64,000 nt of DNA, taken from Candidatus Latescibacterota bacterium (GTDB lineage: Bacteria > Latescibacterota > UBA2968 > UBA8231). Positions 30,790 through 42,000 of the stretch are shown here, one piece after another (the stretch's first letter is position 1; every line of letters starts with the position of its first letter). The stretch covers positions 1,984,001 through 2,048,000 of the forward strand of contig OZ241867.1 in NCBI GenBank assembly GCA_965203175.1. Reading direction: 5' to 3'. The notes under the pieces are model-generated. The model searched no databases and was not told the origin of the DNA. It worked only from the letters and a program-made list of their open reading frames with translations. Position numbers and translations under genes: made by a program.

Positions 30790-33345
30790 ATGCACAATGT
30801 AGCGCTCGATTTACTCATCTTGCTCGCCGGGATTTGGCTAGTGGCCGTGACCTTGCGGCCGCTGGGTCTGCCGACGGTGATGGGCGAATTGATCGTCGGG
30901 GTGTTGGTGGGGCCGGCGGTTTTCGGCTGGATTGAGCCGGACGAGGCCATTCAGTTGTTGGCCGAGATCGGCATCTTCTTTCTGATGTTCCACGCCGGGG
31001 TGGAGACCCAACCCAACGAATTTTTCGCCGCGCTCAAGCGCTCGCTAGGGGTGGCGATAGCAGGGGCCGCAGTGCCCTTTGCCGTCAGCTTTGCCGTTGC
31101 CCAATTCTTCGGGTTGGATCTTGTCGCCTCCGTCTTCGTGGGGCTGATCATCGGAACCGCTACCGCAGTCGTAATCACCCTAAAAAGCTTCAAGGACTTG
31201 GGGTTGACCGATACTCGCATTGCGCGAGTCGTCGTCGCTAGTTGCATCATCAACGACCTTTTGACCTTGATCTTTTTTAGTCTCGTGATCGGCGCACTCT
31301 CCGGCGGCACCTTTGCCCCTTTGGACCTGGTAGTCAACTTGGGCAAGGTGGTGGGCTTTTTCGCGGTCGCGCTGCTTTTGGGCACCTTTGTCTATCCCCG
31401 GCTCACCTTGCCCTTCCGCGCCGAAGGCGGCAAAGGCTTCACCTTCGTGCTGCTGGCCGCCATTGCCGCCGGCCTTTTTGCCGAGGCCATTGGGCTGCAC
31501 ATGATCCTGGGTGCCTATTTGGCGGGTCTTTTCTTTGAGGAACGCGTCGCCCACCCCAATTTAGTCAAGGTGGTAAACGACCGCGCATACGGCATTGCCT
31601 ATTCATTCTTAGGGCCGATCTTCTTCATCTCGCTGGGCTTTTCCATTTCGTTTGACATTAGCGCGTCGAGCGTGGCGTTTATCGCGCTTCTGGCAGTGAC
31701 GGTCATCGCCGGGCAGGTGCTTAGTGCCGGTAGCATGGCGCTGCGCATTGGCATGCCTTGGCGAGAGGCACTGACGGTGGGCGTGGGCATGTGCGGTCGC
31801 GCCGAGATGGCGTTTATCTTGGCCGCGCTGGCCTTGGCGCAAGGGGTGATCGGTCAGGAGACCTTTACCATTTTGATCTTCACCGCGTTCCTGTTAAATC
31901 TCTTCACGCCGTTGGCGCTCAAGGGCTGCTCAGTCCTCCTAGAAGGCCGGGTGGCGCATGGAGGAGACACTCAGCTCGGGGTTTTTCAGAGCGACAAGTT
32001 CAATATCCCTCTCTTCGACGAGAGCACAGCCGAAGGCACCTTGCCCGCAGTGGAGGACGCCGTGGTCATCTATGGGTACGGGCCGGAGGTCGAGACTCTA
32101 ATAGAAGAGCTTTCCAGTAGGCACCTGCCAATGGTGGTGATCGAAGAGGACGAGGCGACAGCGCGGCAGCTCCAGACAAGTGCTGATGTGCAGGTCGTAC
32201 ATGCGCACCTAGCGGCGGAGACGCTGGACCTGCGGCCGTTGACCAAGGCCAAGGCGCTGGTAGCCAACGGCTCAGACGACGACAACGCGCTGTTTGCGCT
32301 CAGTACCCGCGAGGCCGGTTTTGCCGGTCCAATCGTGGCGATGATCGAGCACCCTCAGCGCCGCGGTCCCATGTTGCTGGCTGGCGCGACTGCGGCCTTT
32401 ACTCCCAACCACGTCCTCGCTGCGGCCATTGCCGTTCGCGCCAGCGCGAAAATCGGGCCGCGAGTGGCGGGCGTAGAGTCGCTCGACCCATTCCTCGAAG
32501 TGGCCGAACTGCGCGTGCACGACCAGAGCCCGCTCGCCAATCGCACCTTGGCCGAGACTGAGCTCTACACCCGGACTGGTGCCCACATCGTCGGGCAGTG
32601 GGCGGACGACGCGCTCGGCTCGCCGCCGGCCGCGGCGGAGAAGCTGGAACCCGGAACAATTCTGGTAGCGGTCGGCGCGCCCGAGAGCATTCACAGGTTA
32701 AACGACATGTCCCGGCCGATTACTCAGCAGGGACCGATTGCGGTGATTGGCTTTGCCGATGTCGGGCAGAAGCTAGTCGAGATCCTCCACGCTGCGGGCG
32801 AGGAAGTGCGGGTCGTCGATGAGGCCGAACGCGCCGGAGTCGATGTGGTCGGCGACGTGCTCGACGTGCGCGTCCTGGATCGCGCTGCCATTGCGGAGGC
32901 GCGGGTCGTCATCCTCGCCCTCGACAGCGACCGAGCCGCCCTGTTCGCCGCGGCGGTGGTGCGCGATCACGTTCCGGAGATCCCACTGTTGGCTTGCGTG
33001 TCCCACGTTGAAAACGCAGACCGGGTGCAGCGCGCTGGCGCTGATTTTGCGCTCTCGGTCAGCCAGGTCGCCGGTCAGTTGCTGGTCCACCACGTCCTCG
33101 GAGAGATGGTTTCGCACAAGCCTCGGATCAAGATGGTCAAGCTCCGGCCCGGCCCCCTCGCCGGACGCCACCCGCTCGCCGCGCGCATCCGCGAGCGCAC
33201 GGGTTGTTCGGTGGTGGCGGTCGAGCGGGCCGGCGACGTGATCATGGAGATCCCGGCTTCGTTGGTGCTCGAGCCTGAAGACGCGCTTTACCTCTGCGGC
33301 ACGCCCGCGGCTTTTGATCGCTACTACGAGGAATTTCCGACTTAG
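30790..33345 (+). CDS. CPA2 cation:proton antiporter with tandem RCK_N/RCK_C (TrkA) domains
   Basis: GELIVGVLVGP, IINDL, PIFFISLG; VVIYGYG and IAVIGFADVG Rossmann motifs; RERTGCSVVAVER. Confidence 0.85.
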   Translation: MHNVALDLLILLAGIWLVAVTLRPLGLPTVMGELIVGVLVGPAVFGWIEPDEAIQLLAEIGIFFLMFHAGVETQPNEFFAALKRSLGVAIAGAAVPFAVSFAVAQFFGLDLVASVFVGLIIGTATAVVITLKSFKDLGLTDTRIARVVVASCIINDLLTLIFFSLVIGALSGGTFAPLDLVVNLGKVVGFFAVALLLGTFVYPRLTLPFRAEGGKGFTFVLLAAIAAGLFAEAIGLHMILGAYLAGLFFEERVAHPNLVKVVNDRAYGIAYSFLGPIFFISLGFSISFDISASSVAFIALLAVTVIAGQVLSAGSMALRIGMPWREALTVGVGMCGRAEMAFILAALALAQGVIGQETFTILIFTAFLLNLFTPLALKGCSVLLEGRVAHGGDTQLGVFQSDKFNIPLFDESTAEGTLPAVEDAVVIYGYGPEVETLIEELSSRHLPMVVIEEDEATARQLQTSADVQVVHAHLAAETLDLRPLTKAKALVANGSDDDNALFALSTREAGFAGPIVAMIEHPQRRGPMLLAGATAAFTPNHVLAAAIAVRASAKIGPRVAGVESLDPFLEVAELRVHDQSPLANRTLAETELYTRTGAHIVGQWADDALGSPPAAAEKLEPGTILVAVGAPESIHRLNDMSRPITQQGPIAVIGFADVGQKLVEILHAAGEEVRVVDEAERAGVDVVGDVLDVRVLDRAAIAEARVVILALDSDRAALFAAAVVRDHVPEIPLLACVSHVENADRVQRAGADFALSVSQVAGQLLVHHVLGEMVSHKPRIKMVKLRPGPLAGRHPLAARIRERTGCSVVAVERAGDVIMEIPASLVLEPEDALYLCGTPAAFDRYYEEFPT

Positions 33346-34163
33346 GGAAGTGGATAGGTCCTGAATAAATCTCGTTGCGCCTTTGTCAAGCGACTGAGGG
33401 TCTCTGGGGTGATGTGCTGTTTTTCGTCCATGGTGGCGATGTTTTGCGACATCATCCAGTACGGCCCGTAGCCCACGTGCAGAGTCTTGCGGGTCTGCTC
33501 GGAGCGGTTGGTGAAACCGCCGTGGCGCAAGTTCTCGGTGAAGAGGATTGCGTCGCCGGCCTTGACCTCTAGACCTACCATGTCGGGGTCTTCGTCCGGG
33601 TCGTTGCTGTGGGGTGAGGGCAGATTGGTTTTGTGCGTTCCCGGCACCACGCAAAAGGCCCCCTGCTCGTTGGTGCAATCGTGGATGAAATAGACCATCC
33701 GCACCATCATGCAGTCGATGCCGTGGTCGGTGTAGCTGTAGCGGTATTTTTGGCTGGCTGAAGCGGTGCCGCCGTGGCAGCCGGTGGCGTTGCCATGATA
33801 GCGGATGCGGATCTCGGAGTTGTTGATCGTCGGCCGCTGTTTGACGATGCCGTGGATGTAGTTCATCGTCGGCTGGTGATCGAGCAAAACGTCGAAGGCC
33901 GGGTTGGCGTTCCAGTAGTCTTCGATCATGAGGGTTTTGCCCTCGCCTCGCTCGCCGTTGGTGTGGTAACCTCGCTCGGGATTGGCGTGGTAGTTGGCTC
34001 CCCAGCCGCTTTGCTTGCGCGGCGGTTGGGTGACGTGCGCGAGCGCGTGTTATTCTAGCTCATCAACAGCCTCGGCCAGCGCGGCCACTTGGGTCTTGTT
34101 CAGCAGGTTCTCGATGACGATGTAGCCCTGGCGGTCGAATTCAAAGGTTTCGATTTCGTTCAT
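33342..34163 (-). pseudogene. PhyH-family dioxygenase with in-frame TAA at codon 38 (34050-34052)
   Basis: MNEIETFEFDRQGYIVIENLL...ELE*HAL continues in frame into ORF 33342-33929; AAGGAG RBS. Confidence 0.8.
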
Positions 34164-34173
34164 GTGTTGCTCC

Positions 34174-34977
34174 TTATTTGTTGAACCATCGGGCCAAGTT
34201 GCCCCCCTTTACCAGCGTTCGCTCGGCCTCTCCGTAGTCTGCTAGATGCGCATCGACGATTGCCGGCGTGCCGCTACCCCAGACCATGCGCTCCGGCCCG
34301 AAAGCCTCGATCACGCGCTGCGTAAAGGGCTTGGCGCTTTCGTACAGCGGCTCGTCTTGGGCGAAGTGGCCGAGGCCGGAGAGCTTTATATAGACCTCGG
34401 CGTCAGCACAGCTCAGATCCAGTATGTCGGCGTACTCGACTGCGCTGCCCTGATGCGGCTCGGCCAAGTGGTCGATTAGCGCCACGGTTTGGGGAATGTC
34501 GCGCAGCACTTGGGCGACTTGGGCACCGTAATTAGGCCCAATGTGCAATTCGACGACCAAGCCCAGTTCCACGGCCTTTTCCCACAGGGCGCGTACTCCT
34601 TTGTCGTCGAAGCTGTCGAGATACAGCTCCTTGCCTCGGTGGGCGTGAAAGCGCGTGGCGATGATCTTGGGTTCGCGAGCGACTAGATCAACCAACTTCT
34701 GGGGCGCGTCTGGATCTTTGGGATAAAACAGCGATGTGCCCCGCAGCCGCTCTGGCTCGCGCTTTAGACATTCGAGTATCAGCCGGTGGTCGTCCCCATA
34801 CGGCTCGGGATGGACGACGACGGCCCGGTCGATCCCCTCGTCGTCCAGGCGCTGCAAATAGGCCGCCAATGGGTCTGGGGGATGCACGGAAACATCTGGA
34901 CGATAGGCCGCCTTGGGATGCAAGGGATAGCGCTGGGTATCAGGGTTGAAAATGTGGGCATTCCACTCGACGATCAT
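34174..34977 (-). CDS. Amidohydrolase family protein
   Basis: NAHIF, GIDRAVVVHP, IDHLA, YIKLSG, FGPERMVWGS. Confidence 0.85.
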   Translation of the reverse strand: MIVEWNAHIFNPDTQRYPLHPKAAYRPDVSVHPPDPLAAYLQRLDDEGIDRAVVVHPEPYGDDHRLILECLKREPERLRGTSLFYPKDPDAPQKLVDLVAREPKIIATRFHAHRGKELYLDSFDDKGVRALWEKAVELGLVVELHIGPNYGAQVAQVLRDIPQTVALIDHLAEPHQGSAVEYADILDLSCADAEVYIKLSGLGHFAQDEPLYESAKPFTQRVIEAFGPERMVWGSGTPAIVDAHLADYGEAERTLVKGGNLARWFNK

Positions 34978-35073
34978 CGGGCCGTCTCCCTCGGCTGAGT
35001 TCGGGTCGAAGCCTCGTGCAGAGCAAGAGTACCACGCCGGTCTGCAACTGTCAAACGGCTCTGCCGCAGCACC

Positions 35074-35102
35074 TTGACAATACAGTTGGGGAATTCTATT
35101 TT
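35074..35102 (+). promoter_or_regulatory. sigma70 promoter of tRNA-Glu
   Basis: TTGACA-17 nt-TATTTT. Confidence 0.7.
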
Positions 35103-35132
35103 TTTGAAGCTGTCAGGCTGAAAATAGACGTT

Positions 35133-35208
35133 GGCCCGTTCGTCTAGAGGCCTAGGACGCCGGCCTCTCACGCCGGTAACACGGGTTCGAATCCCGTACG
35201 GGCTACCA
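35133..35208 (+). tRNA. tRNA-Glu (anticodon CTC)
   Basis: 76 nt cloverleaf: GGCCCGT acceptor, CCGGC-CTCTCAC-GCCGG anticodon arm, GTTCGAATC, encoded CCA. Confidence 0.97.
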
Positions 35209-35214
35209 ATTATT

Positions 35215-35254
35215 AAACCCCAGGTTGGTTACACTGACCTGGGGTTTTCTTTTT
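35215..35254 (+). terminator. Intrinsic terminator after tRNA, possibly bidirectional
   Basis: AAACCCCAGGT...ACCTGGGGTTT followed by T tract. Confidence 0.85.
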
Positions 35255-35298
35255 GCCGATCCACTAGGCCGTCACGACTTATAGAAGACGACGCTAGC

Positions 35299-35694
35299 TC
35301 AGCATCCGCACTCGATTTCGGTCCCAGACTGCGCCTCGTCGCCGGCGGTGGCGTAGCCGTCGCGCTTCCACCAGTCGAACCCGCCGATTAATTCGCGCAC
35401 TTGAAAGCCCAGCGTCAGCAGTTTTAGCGCCGTCTTCGTCGAGGCGTTGCAGCCGATGCCGTCGCAGTAGCAGACATAGAGCTTTGATTTGTCGAGCGAC
35501 GCAGTGGAATTGAAGCAGATTTCCCGGTGGGGCAGGTTGAGTGCGCCTGGAATGTGCTCTTGGGCATAAGCCTCTGCCGAACGGCCATCGACGACGATGA
35601 TGGGTTCGTTGTCGCCCAATGCCATGTATAGATCCCACGAATCCATCTCGTAGGAGAGCTTGCGCTGGTAGTGGTTCATTTGGTCAATGGACAT
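35299..35694 (-). CDS. Rhodanese-like domain protein
   Basis: VVDGRS..AY..EHIPGA, YCDGIGCNASTK, LIGGFDWW. Confidence 0.85.
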   Translation of the reverse strand: MSIDQMNHYQRKLSYEMDSWDLYMALGDNEPIIVVDGRSAEAYAQEHIPGALNLPHREICFNSTASLDKSKLYVCYCDGIGCNASTKTALKLLTLGFQVRELIGGFDWWKRDGYATAGDEAQSGTEIECGC

Positions 35695-35716
35695 AGTTTT
35701 TTCCGTTGTTGAAATG

Positions 35717-37108
35717 CTACGAACACCAGTAAGCATACAGGCGGGCGTTGTGCAGTGCGAAACGCAGGCGCACCGGCTGTTCTCTCAACGCGCGCAAATC
35801 CCGGCCGTCGCGCCAGCGCACGGGCACGGCGACTCCGTCCTCGGCGATGGCAACGCAGTCTTGAGCGGTATGGCCGGGAATGGGGTGCCCTTCCTCATCG
35901 AGCAATTCGACGGTTAGCTGTCCGTAATCTGCCTTGGCGTTGATCTGCAATTCGTCCCCGGCCAACGCGAAGGGCCGGGTCGTTATCTGCCCGCCGTCAA
36001 AACTGGCGTTGAGCGATGCGAAGCCGTCGAGGCGCAGCATGGCCAAGCCAATGCCCATCGTCCCCGGGTCTTGATCGGCCGCAATCGGTGGGTCGAATTC
36101 GCGCGGGATCTTGGCGTGCCGCCGCGCCGTACCCCGGTAGTAGATATAGAGCTTGTCGCCCACGGCAATTGGCGGCGCACCGCTGAGCATGAGTTGGAAC
36201 CGATCCCACTCGCCCACTGCACCCAAACCCGCTAGTGGCTCCCCCGGAGCCCGATGCCAGCGCTCCCCGTCGCGGCTGCACAAAAGCCGCAGGACTTGGG
36301 TCTGTTGGCGCGGGCGTTTGTCGAAGTGGGTCAGGATGCCCAAGTAATGAGCGCCGTAGTTGAAACCCGTGTTGTTGTAGAGGGCCTCTTCTTCGTTGAG
36401 CGGTGCTAAGAAGGGTCGCGGCGGCGACCAGTGGACGAAGTCCTCGCTCGTGCTCATTAGCCGCTCGGGCACGCCGCGCAAAAAGGCCACGTAGCGCCGG
36501 CGCTCAATATCTACCATCATGGACTGCGCATCGCCGACCGGCCCCAAGTCGGAGGTGCCGGGCCGCGGATGGTAGCGGAAAATCGGGTCTGGCGAATGCG
36601 ACCAGTTGATCCCGTCCGGCGAAGTGGCGCTGTAAATGCCCGAGCGCGGGCCATCCCAGTCGTAGCTCGACCAGCCGATGGCCTTGTAGCGGCGGGCGGG
36701 GTCTGGGTCGAGGGGGTCCTTGAGCATGGTCTCCCAGTGATCCTTCCCTTCGTGGTGGGTCGCGGGGATGACGATGTTGTTGTCCTTGGAGCCGAGGGCC
36801 TCGTGGATTCCGAGGGAGGGGCGCTCCCAATGGATTCCGTCCGGCGACAGCGCGAGGCACTGCACGCTTCCGCACCCTGGCTCATAGTGGCCGGCCATGT
36901 ACCAGGCCTTGAAAATTTGTTCCTCTGCGTCGAAAATCACCGCCGCGGTCATGCCGCTGTTCTGTTCCCACGGCGCTTCTTGTTTGAGCACGGGATGCGT
37001 GCCGTACTTCTCCGCTTGGTGGAAGACTCGCGTCACGTTTTCTTGGCGTTCGACGTCGTCCATATCGACGAAGAGACGCTTGCGGTGGTCGAGTGTTGGG
37101 TAGTCCAT
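35717..37108 (-). CDS. Five-bladed beta-propeller glycoside-hydrolase-like protein
   Basis: Repeated SPDGIHW/SPDGINW/SEDFVHW/SRDGERW motifs, LRLDGFASL; start MDYPTL. Confidence 0.7.
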   Translation of the reverse strand: MDYPTLDHRKRLFVDMDDVERQENVTRVFHQAEKYGTHPVLKQEAPWEQNSGMTAAVIFDAEEQIFKAWYMAGHYEPGCGSVQCLALSPDGIHWERPSLGIHEALGSKDNNIVIPATHHEGKDHWETMLKDPLDPDPARRYKAIGWSSYDWDGPRSGIYSATSPDGINWSHSPDPIFRYHPRPGTSDLGPVGDAQSMMVDIERRRYVAFLRGVPERLMSTSEDFVHWSPPRPFLAPLNEEEALYNNTGFNYGAHYLGILTHFDKRPRQQTQVLRLLCSRDGERWHRAPGEPLAGLGAVGEWDRFQLMLSGAPPIAVGDKLYIYYRGTARRHAKIPREFDPPIAADQDPGTMGIGLAMLRLDGFASLNASFDGGQITTRPFALAGDELQINAKADYGQLTVELLDEEGHPIPGHTAQDCVAIAEDGVAVPVRWRDGRDLRALREQPVRLRFALHNARLYAYWCS

Positions 37109-37113
37109 TGGTC

Positions 37114-37848
37114 CTATGTCCTCATCCCCGACTGGGATTCGAAGCCCAGCAAGCGCTTCAGGGTCGGCGTCGCCCGCGCGACGACCTCGGGGCGCGCCAG
37201 CTTGAACTGGTCTTGTTGCGGCTTCATAAACGAGCGGCAGAAGAATCCCAACAGAATCATCCGATCCTGCTGGGTGTGGTTGGCACCGCTGCCGTGCCAC
37301 GTTGCACCGTGGAAGACGACGATATCGCCTTTGCGGACGTCTAGCTGGATGACGTCGTCGTATTCTTTTTCTGGGTCGGGGGCGTACCCGCGCTTGTAGC
37401 TGCCCGGCACGATATGCGTGGCCCCGTTTTCAGGCGCGAAGTCGTCGAGCACGTAGATGGTATTGGCGCAAAAGGCGAAGGGTGGCGGCGGCTGGGGAAA
37501 GCTGCCGAGTGGGAAGTCGATGTGTAGGCGGCCGGCTGGCGCATCTGGGCCGATGTGATTGACGGTGAAGCTGCTCAAGATGCAGTTGTCGCCTAGCAGG
37601 TACTCTTGGAGTGCGAGTACCTGAGGAAGCTGGATCATCTCCTCGTAAATGCGGCCCTTGTTGACTAGGTTCCACACGCGCTGTGCGGAGCCGTCGAGGT
37701 AGACATGCTCTCCTCCGGCGGCCCGCTCCTGTACAATCAGCTCGGCCGAGCGATTGCGCAGGGTATTGGCCTGGTCCGGGGTCAACGCCTCTTTGAGCAC
37801 GGCGTACCCGTATTCGTCGATATGGGCCTTGGCGTCGTCGATGGTCAT
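37114..37848 (-). CDS. PhyH-family dioxygenase
   Basis: GYAVLKEAL, LHID, ENGATHIVPGS, TWHGSGAN...R. Confidence 0.9.
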   Translation of the reverse strand: MTIDDAKAHIDEYGYAVLKEALTPDQANTLRNRSAELIVQERAAGGEHVYLDGSAQRVWNLVNKGRIYEEMIQLPQVLALQEYLLGDNCILSSFTVNHIGPDAPAGRLHIDFPLGSFPQPPPPFAFCANTIYVLDDFAPENGATHIVPGSYKRGYAPDPEKEYDDVIQLDVRKGDIVVFHGATWHGSGANHTQQDRMILLGFFCRSFMKPQQDQFKLARPEVVARATPTLKRLLGFESQSGMRT

Positions 37849-37859
37849 GGTGGTCGCTT

Positions 37860-38615
37860 CTAACCTCGTCCGACAAACGGCATTTTCGTCGCCATGATCG
37901 TCATAAACAGCACATTGGTGTCCAGCGGCAGCTCGGCCATTTGCACTACGGCACGGGCCACGTGTTCGACGTCAAAGCGCGGCTCGACGAGCTTGGAGCC
38001 ATCGGCCTGCGGCACGCCGTCGCTCATCCGCTGCGTCATATCGGTCGCCGTGTTACCAATGTCGATCTGGCCGCAGGCGATGTCGTATTTGCGCCCGTCG
38101 AGCGAGGTCGATTTGGTGAGTCCGGTAATGGCGTGTTTGGTGGCGGTATAAGGGGCGGAATTGGGACGCGGGGCTGCGGCTGAAACTGAGCCGTTGTTGA
38201 TGATGCGCCCGCCGCGCGGGTCTTGATCCTTCATAATGCGGAAGGCCGCTTGGGTGCAGAGGAAGCTACCGGTCAGGTTGACGGCGACGACCTTCTGCCA
38301 CTGTTCGTATTCGAGGTCTTCCAACGGCACGGTCGGCGCTCCGCCCCCGGCGTTGTTGAACAGCACATCGAGTCGGCCAAAGTGTTCGGCGACTTGGGCG
38401 AACAGCGCGTCAACGGCTTGGGGGTCGCCGACGTCGGTGGATACCGGCAACATGCGGGCATCCGCCCCCGCCAGCGCGGTCGTTTCCTCTAAGGCATCTT
38501 GACGCCGTCCGGCTAGAGCAACTGCATAGCCGGCCTCGGCCAATGCCAAGGCACTGTGGCGGCCGATGCCGCTGCCGGCACCTGTGACGAGGGCGACTTT
38601 TGCATGTGCTTCCAT
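37860..38615 (-). CDS. SDR oxidoreductase
   Basis: [19 protein letters not shown]. Confidence 0.92.
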   Translation of the reverse strand: MEAHAKVALVTGAGSGIGRHSALALAEAGYAVALAGRRQDALEETTALAGADARMLPVSTDVGDPQAVDALFAQVAEHFGRLDVLFNNAGGGAPTVPLEDLEYEQWQKVVAVNLTGSFLCTQAAFRIMKDQDPRGGRIINNGSVSAAAPRPNSAPYTATKHAITGLTKSTSLDGRKYDIACGQIDIGNTATDMTQRMSDGVPQADGSKLVEPRFDVEHVARAVVQMAELPLDTNVLFMTIMATKMPFVGRG

Positions 38616-38645
38616 TTGTCATCTCCTTGAATTTGAATGGTGGTT

Positions 38646-40835
38646 CTAGGTGGTACGTTGGGCGGCTTTTACCTCTCTGCGCCGCTTGTGCAACACGTTT
38701 TCCGTATATCCGTTCGGTTCGGTGCGACCGTTGAATACTAGGTCCAGCGCCGCTTGGAATTCGACGCTGGCGTCGAGGTCGGGGGCCATGGGGCAGTACG
38801 CTGGGTCGCCGCTGTTTTGTGCGTCTACGACTGAGGCCATGCGCGCAAAGGTCGCCCGCACCTGCTCCTCGTTGGTAATTCCGTGGTGCAGCCAGTTGGC
38901 GATGTGCTGGCTGGAAATTCGCAAGGTGGCGCGGTCTTCCATCAGGCCGATGTGGTTGATGTCCGGCACCTTGGAGCAGCCAATGCCCTGGCCGACCCAG
39001 CGCACCACGTAGCCCAAAATCCCCTGGACGTTGTTGTCCAATTCCTGCTGAATTTCCTCGGGACTGAGCGAGCGATCGAGCACCGGGGGACTGAGAATCG
39101 CGCCGAGCGAGGCTCGCTCCCGTCCGGCTAGCTGGCCGAGGCGTTCGAAGACATCGACTTGGTGATAGTGCAACGCGTGCAAGGTGGCCGCTGTCGGCGA
39201 AGGCACCCAAGCGGTCGTCGCCCCAGCTTGGGGATGGCCTATCTTGGTCTCTACCATCTCGCGCATCCGCTCGGGCATGGTCCACATCCCCTTGCCGATC
39301 TGCGCTCTTCCCACTAAGCCGGTGGCGATGCCGACGTCCACATTCCAGTCCTCATAAGCACTGAGCCAGGGCTGCTCTTTGATTTCCATCTTGGGCAACA
39401 TGGGGCCTAGTTCCATGCTGGTGTGGATCTCGTCCCCGGTGCGGTCGAGGAAGCCGGTGTTGATGAAGACGACGCGTTCGGCCGCGCAGCGGATGCACTC
39501 GCTGAGGTTGACTGTGGTGCGGCGCTCCTCGTCCATGATGCCGATTTTCAGGGTGTTTTTGCTCAGCCCCAGCGCCTCCTCCACTCGCGTGAAAAGTTCG
39601 ACGGTCGCTGCTACCTCGTCCGGTCCGTGCTGTTTGGGCTTCACCACATAGACGCTGCCGGTCTTGCTGTTGCGGTAGCGGCCGCGGCCTTTGAGATCGT
39701 GGATCGCCGCTAAGCTGATGACCATGGCGTCGAGGAAGCCCTCGGGGATTTCCGCGCCGTCGGCGGTGGTCACCGCATCGGTGTACATGTGGATGCCGAC
39801 GTGGCGCACGAGCAATAAGCTGCGCCCGGATAGTGTCAGGGTGTGGCCGCTGGGTGTGGTAAATGTGCGGTCGGCGCGCAGGCGGCGCGTCAGGGGCTGC
39901 CCGTTCTTGACAAAGATCGCCTCCAGCGTGCCCTGCATCAGGCCGTTCCAGTTGCCATAGACGAGGACCTTGTCCTCGGCATCGACCGCGGCCACGGAAT
40001 CTTCGCAATCTTGGATGGTGGTAATGGCCGCTTCTAAGAGCACGTCTTTGACGCCAGCGCGGTGGGTGCGCCCAATGGGATGGGTGCGGTCGATTTGGAT
40101 CTCGATGTGCAATCCGTTGTGGCGGAGTAAGACGCTGCTTAGCTGCCCGCCCTCGCATCCATAGCCGACGAACTGTCCGGCGTCTTTGAGGCCGACCTCG
40201 TCACCGCTTGCGAGGCAAGCGCGCAAGGTTTGTCCACCGGCGTCCTCACGTAGGAAAAACTCTACCACCTCTCGGTACGCGCCCTGTTGGAGGCCCGCGA
40301 TCGCGTCGAGAAATGCCTCGCTGCGCGCGATGACTTGGGCACCGCGCTCGGCGTCGTACTCGCCTGCCGGGACGCGGCCTTCAATTACATCCGTGCCGTA
40401 CAGGGCGTCGTACAAGCTGCCCCAGCGCGCATTCGCCGCGTTGAGCGCGTAGCGCGCATTGTCAACTGGGACGACTAGCTGGGGGCCGGCTAGGGAGGCG
40501 ATTTCTGGGTCGGTGTTTTCCGTGCGGATTCGCTGCGCGTCGCCCGTGGGTAGTAAGTAACCGATCTCTTCGAGAAAGGTACGGTAACTTGTGGGATCTA
40601 ACCGCTCGCCGCGCCGCTGTTGGTGATAGGCGTCAATCTGGGCCTGCAAGGCGTCGCGGCGCTGAAGTAGCTGTTGATTTTTTGGCCCTAAGTCTTGGAC
40701 GATTTTCTCCAGCGCCGCCCAGAAGTGATCGACATCCACGTCCGTTCCGGGCGCGATCTGCTCGGCGACGAGGGCATAGAGCCGCTGGTCGATGTGCAAT
40801 CCGCCGCTGGTTACTTTTCTTGCTGATTCCGCCAT
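38646..40835 (-). CDS. glcB: Malate synthase G
   Basis: [73 protein letters not shown]. Confidence 0.97.
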   Translation of the reverse strand: MAESARKVTSGGLHIDQRLYALVAEQIAPGTDVDVDHFWAALEKIVQDLGPKNQQLLQRRDALQAQIDAYHQQRRGERLDPTSYRTFLEEIGYLLPTGDAQRIRTENTDPEIASLAGPQLVVPVDNARYALNAANARWGSLYDALYGTDVIEGRVPAGEYDAERGAQVIARSEAFLDAIAGLQQGAYREVVEFFLREDAGGQTLRACLASGDEVGLKDAGQFVGYGCEGGQLSSVLLRHNGLHIEIQIDRTHPIGRTHRAGVKDVLLEAAITTIQDCEDSVAAVDAEDKVLVYGNWNGLMQGTLEAIFVKNGQPLTRRLRADRTFTTPSGHTLTLSGRSLLLVRHVGIHMYTDAVTTADGAEIPEGFLDAMVISLAAIHDLKGRGRYRNSKTGSVYVVKPKQHGPDEVAATVELFTRVEEALGLSKNTLKIGIMDEERRTTVNLSECIRCAAERVVFINTGFLDRTGDEIHTSMELGPMLPKMEIKEQPWLSAYEDWNVDVGIATGLVGRAQIGKGMWTMPERMREMVETKIGHPQAGATTAWVPSPTAATLHALHYHQVDVFERLGQLAGRERASLGAILSPPVLDRSLSPEEIQQELDNNVQGILGYVVRWVGQGIGCSKVPDINHIGLMEDRATLRISSQHIANWLHHGITNEEQVRATFARMASVVDAQNSGDPAYCPMAPDLDASVEFQAALDLVFNGRTEPNGYTENVLHKRRREVKAAQRTT

Positions 40836-40966
40836 GATGTGCTCCGTTTAATTTTGCCGAGCAAGAGTATAATCATTTATGGCGCGGGCGACCTATGGAC
40901 AGGGTGGATGGGATTTGGATAGCTTGTAGGCACTAGCGCATAACAACACTATCGCAGGAGGAGACC

Positions 40967-41881
40967 ATGAACTACGACCCATGCCAACGCACCTTTGACT
41001 GCGAGCCGACGCTCACCGACTCCGAGGTTCTCGAATTCTGCCGCGAGGGCCACCTATTGCTCAGAGGCGTCGTGCCCGACGAGATCAACCAGCGCACCTG
41101 TGCTTGGATCGACGGCGATATTCCCGCCAACCCGAGCTATATCCCCGACGGCCTGACCGAGGCTGACCTCGACCGCATCCGCTTTACCCACGAGCCGACC
41201 TCCATCTTCTTGGAGGACTGGTTCATCGAGCACGTCTTGCTCAATCCGCAGTTGGCTGGTGCCATGCGCTCGCTCTTAGGCCCCAACATCGGCCTGCCGG
41301 TCTTGGCCAGCCACCACCGGGCCGAATGCCCAATGGAAGCCCAGCGCTGGCACCAAGACGCCGACCACATCTATGGCCCGGAGGTGCGCTTTTTGGAGGT
41401 CTTCTACTTTCCGCAGGACACGCCCGTGGAACTGGGGCCGACCGAGTTGGTGCCTGGCTCGCACATCCAACCTGGTGGTCACCGCGACGAAGAAGAAGGG
41501 GGCGTGTTTTGCGATGGCCCGGCCGGCACCATTGGGGTTCACCATCAGAGCATTATGCACCGCCGCGGCAAATCCACCGCCGAGGGGCTGCGCCGGATGC
41601 TTAAGTACAATTACTGGCGCACGGCACCTCCCCAGCGCGATTGGATCGTCGAGGAGGACTTTGATTTCCAGAGCGCGTATTACGGCGGGCACCGCACGGC
41701 GCGCTACTACGCCCACATGTTCTACTGGCTCTGCGGCAAGGGCGATCAGTTCCGCGTTATCGGCGGTCAGGCTTGGCCTTGGCAGACTGAGAATCAGATC
41801 GGGCCGTCGTATGGCTTTGACGCCGAGGAAGGCTACCAGCCCAATTGGCGGCGGGATAATCCGGACGGGTATGCGCGTTGA
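40967..41881 (+). CDS. PhyH-family dioxygenase
   Basis: WHQD, YFPQDT...GPTELVPGSH, IMHR; AGGAGG RBS. Confidence 0.85.
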   Translation: MNYDPCQRTFDCEPTLTDSEVLEFCREGHLLLRGVVPDEINQRTCAWIDGDIPANPSYIPDGLTEADLDRIRFTHEPTSIFLEDWFIEHVLLNPQLAGAMRSLLGPNIGLPVLASHHRAECPMEAQRWHQDADHIYGPEVRFLEVFYFPQDTPVELGPTELVPGSHIQPGGHRDEEEGGVFCDGPAGTIGVHHQSIMHRRGKSTAEGLRRMLKYNYWRTAPPQRDWIVEEDFDFQSAYYGGHRTARYYAHMFYWLCGKGDQFRVIGGQAWPWQTENQIGPSYGFDAEEGYQPNWRRDNPDGYAR

Positions 41882-42000
41882 TTGGTTGGACGGGTGGCGT
41901 TGATGAGGCAGTGGCCGCCTCCAACAGGAGGGACCATTGCTACGAGAGGCAGGGGCAGGGCACCGGCCCGGCGGGTGTGGGGCGGTACTGATTAAATCCA

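Noticed and set aside
35133-35260. tRNA-Glu as an island integration site
   Set aside because: No duplicated tRNA 3' end or integrase seen; terminator and ordinary genes follow
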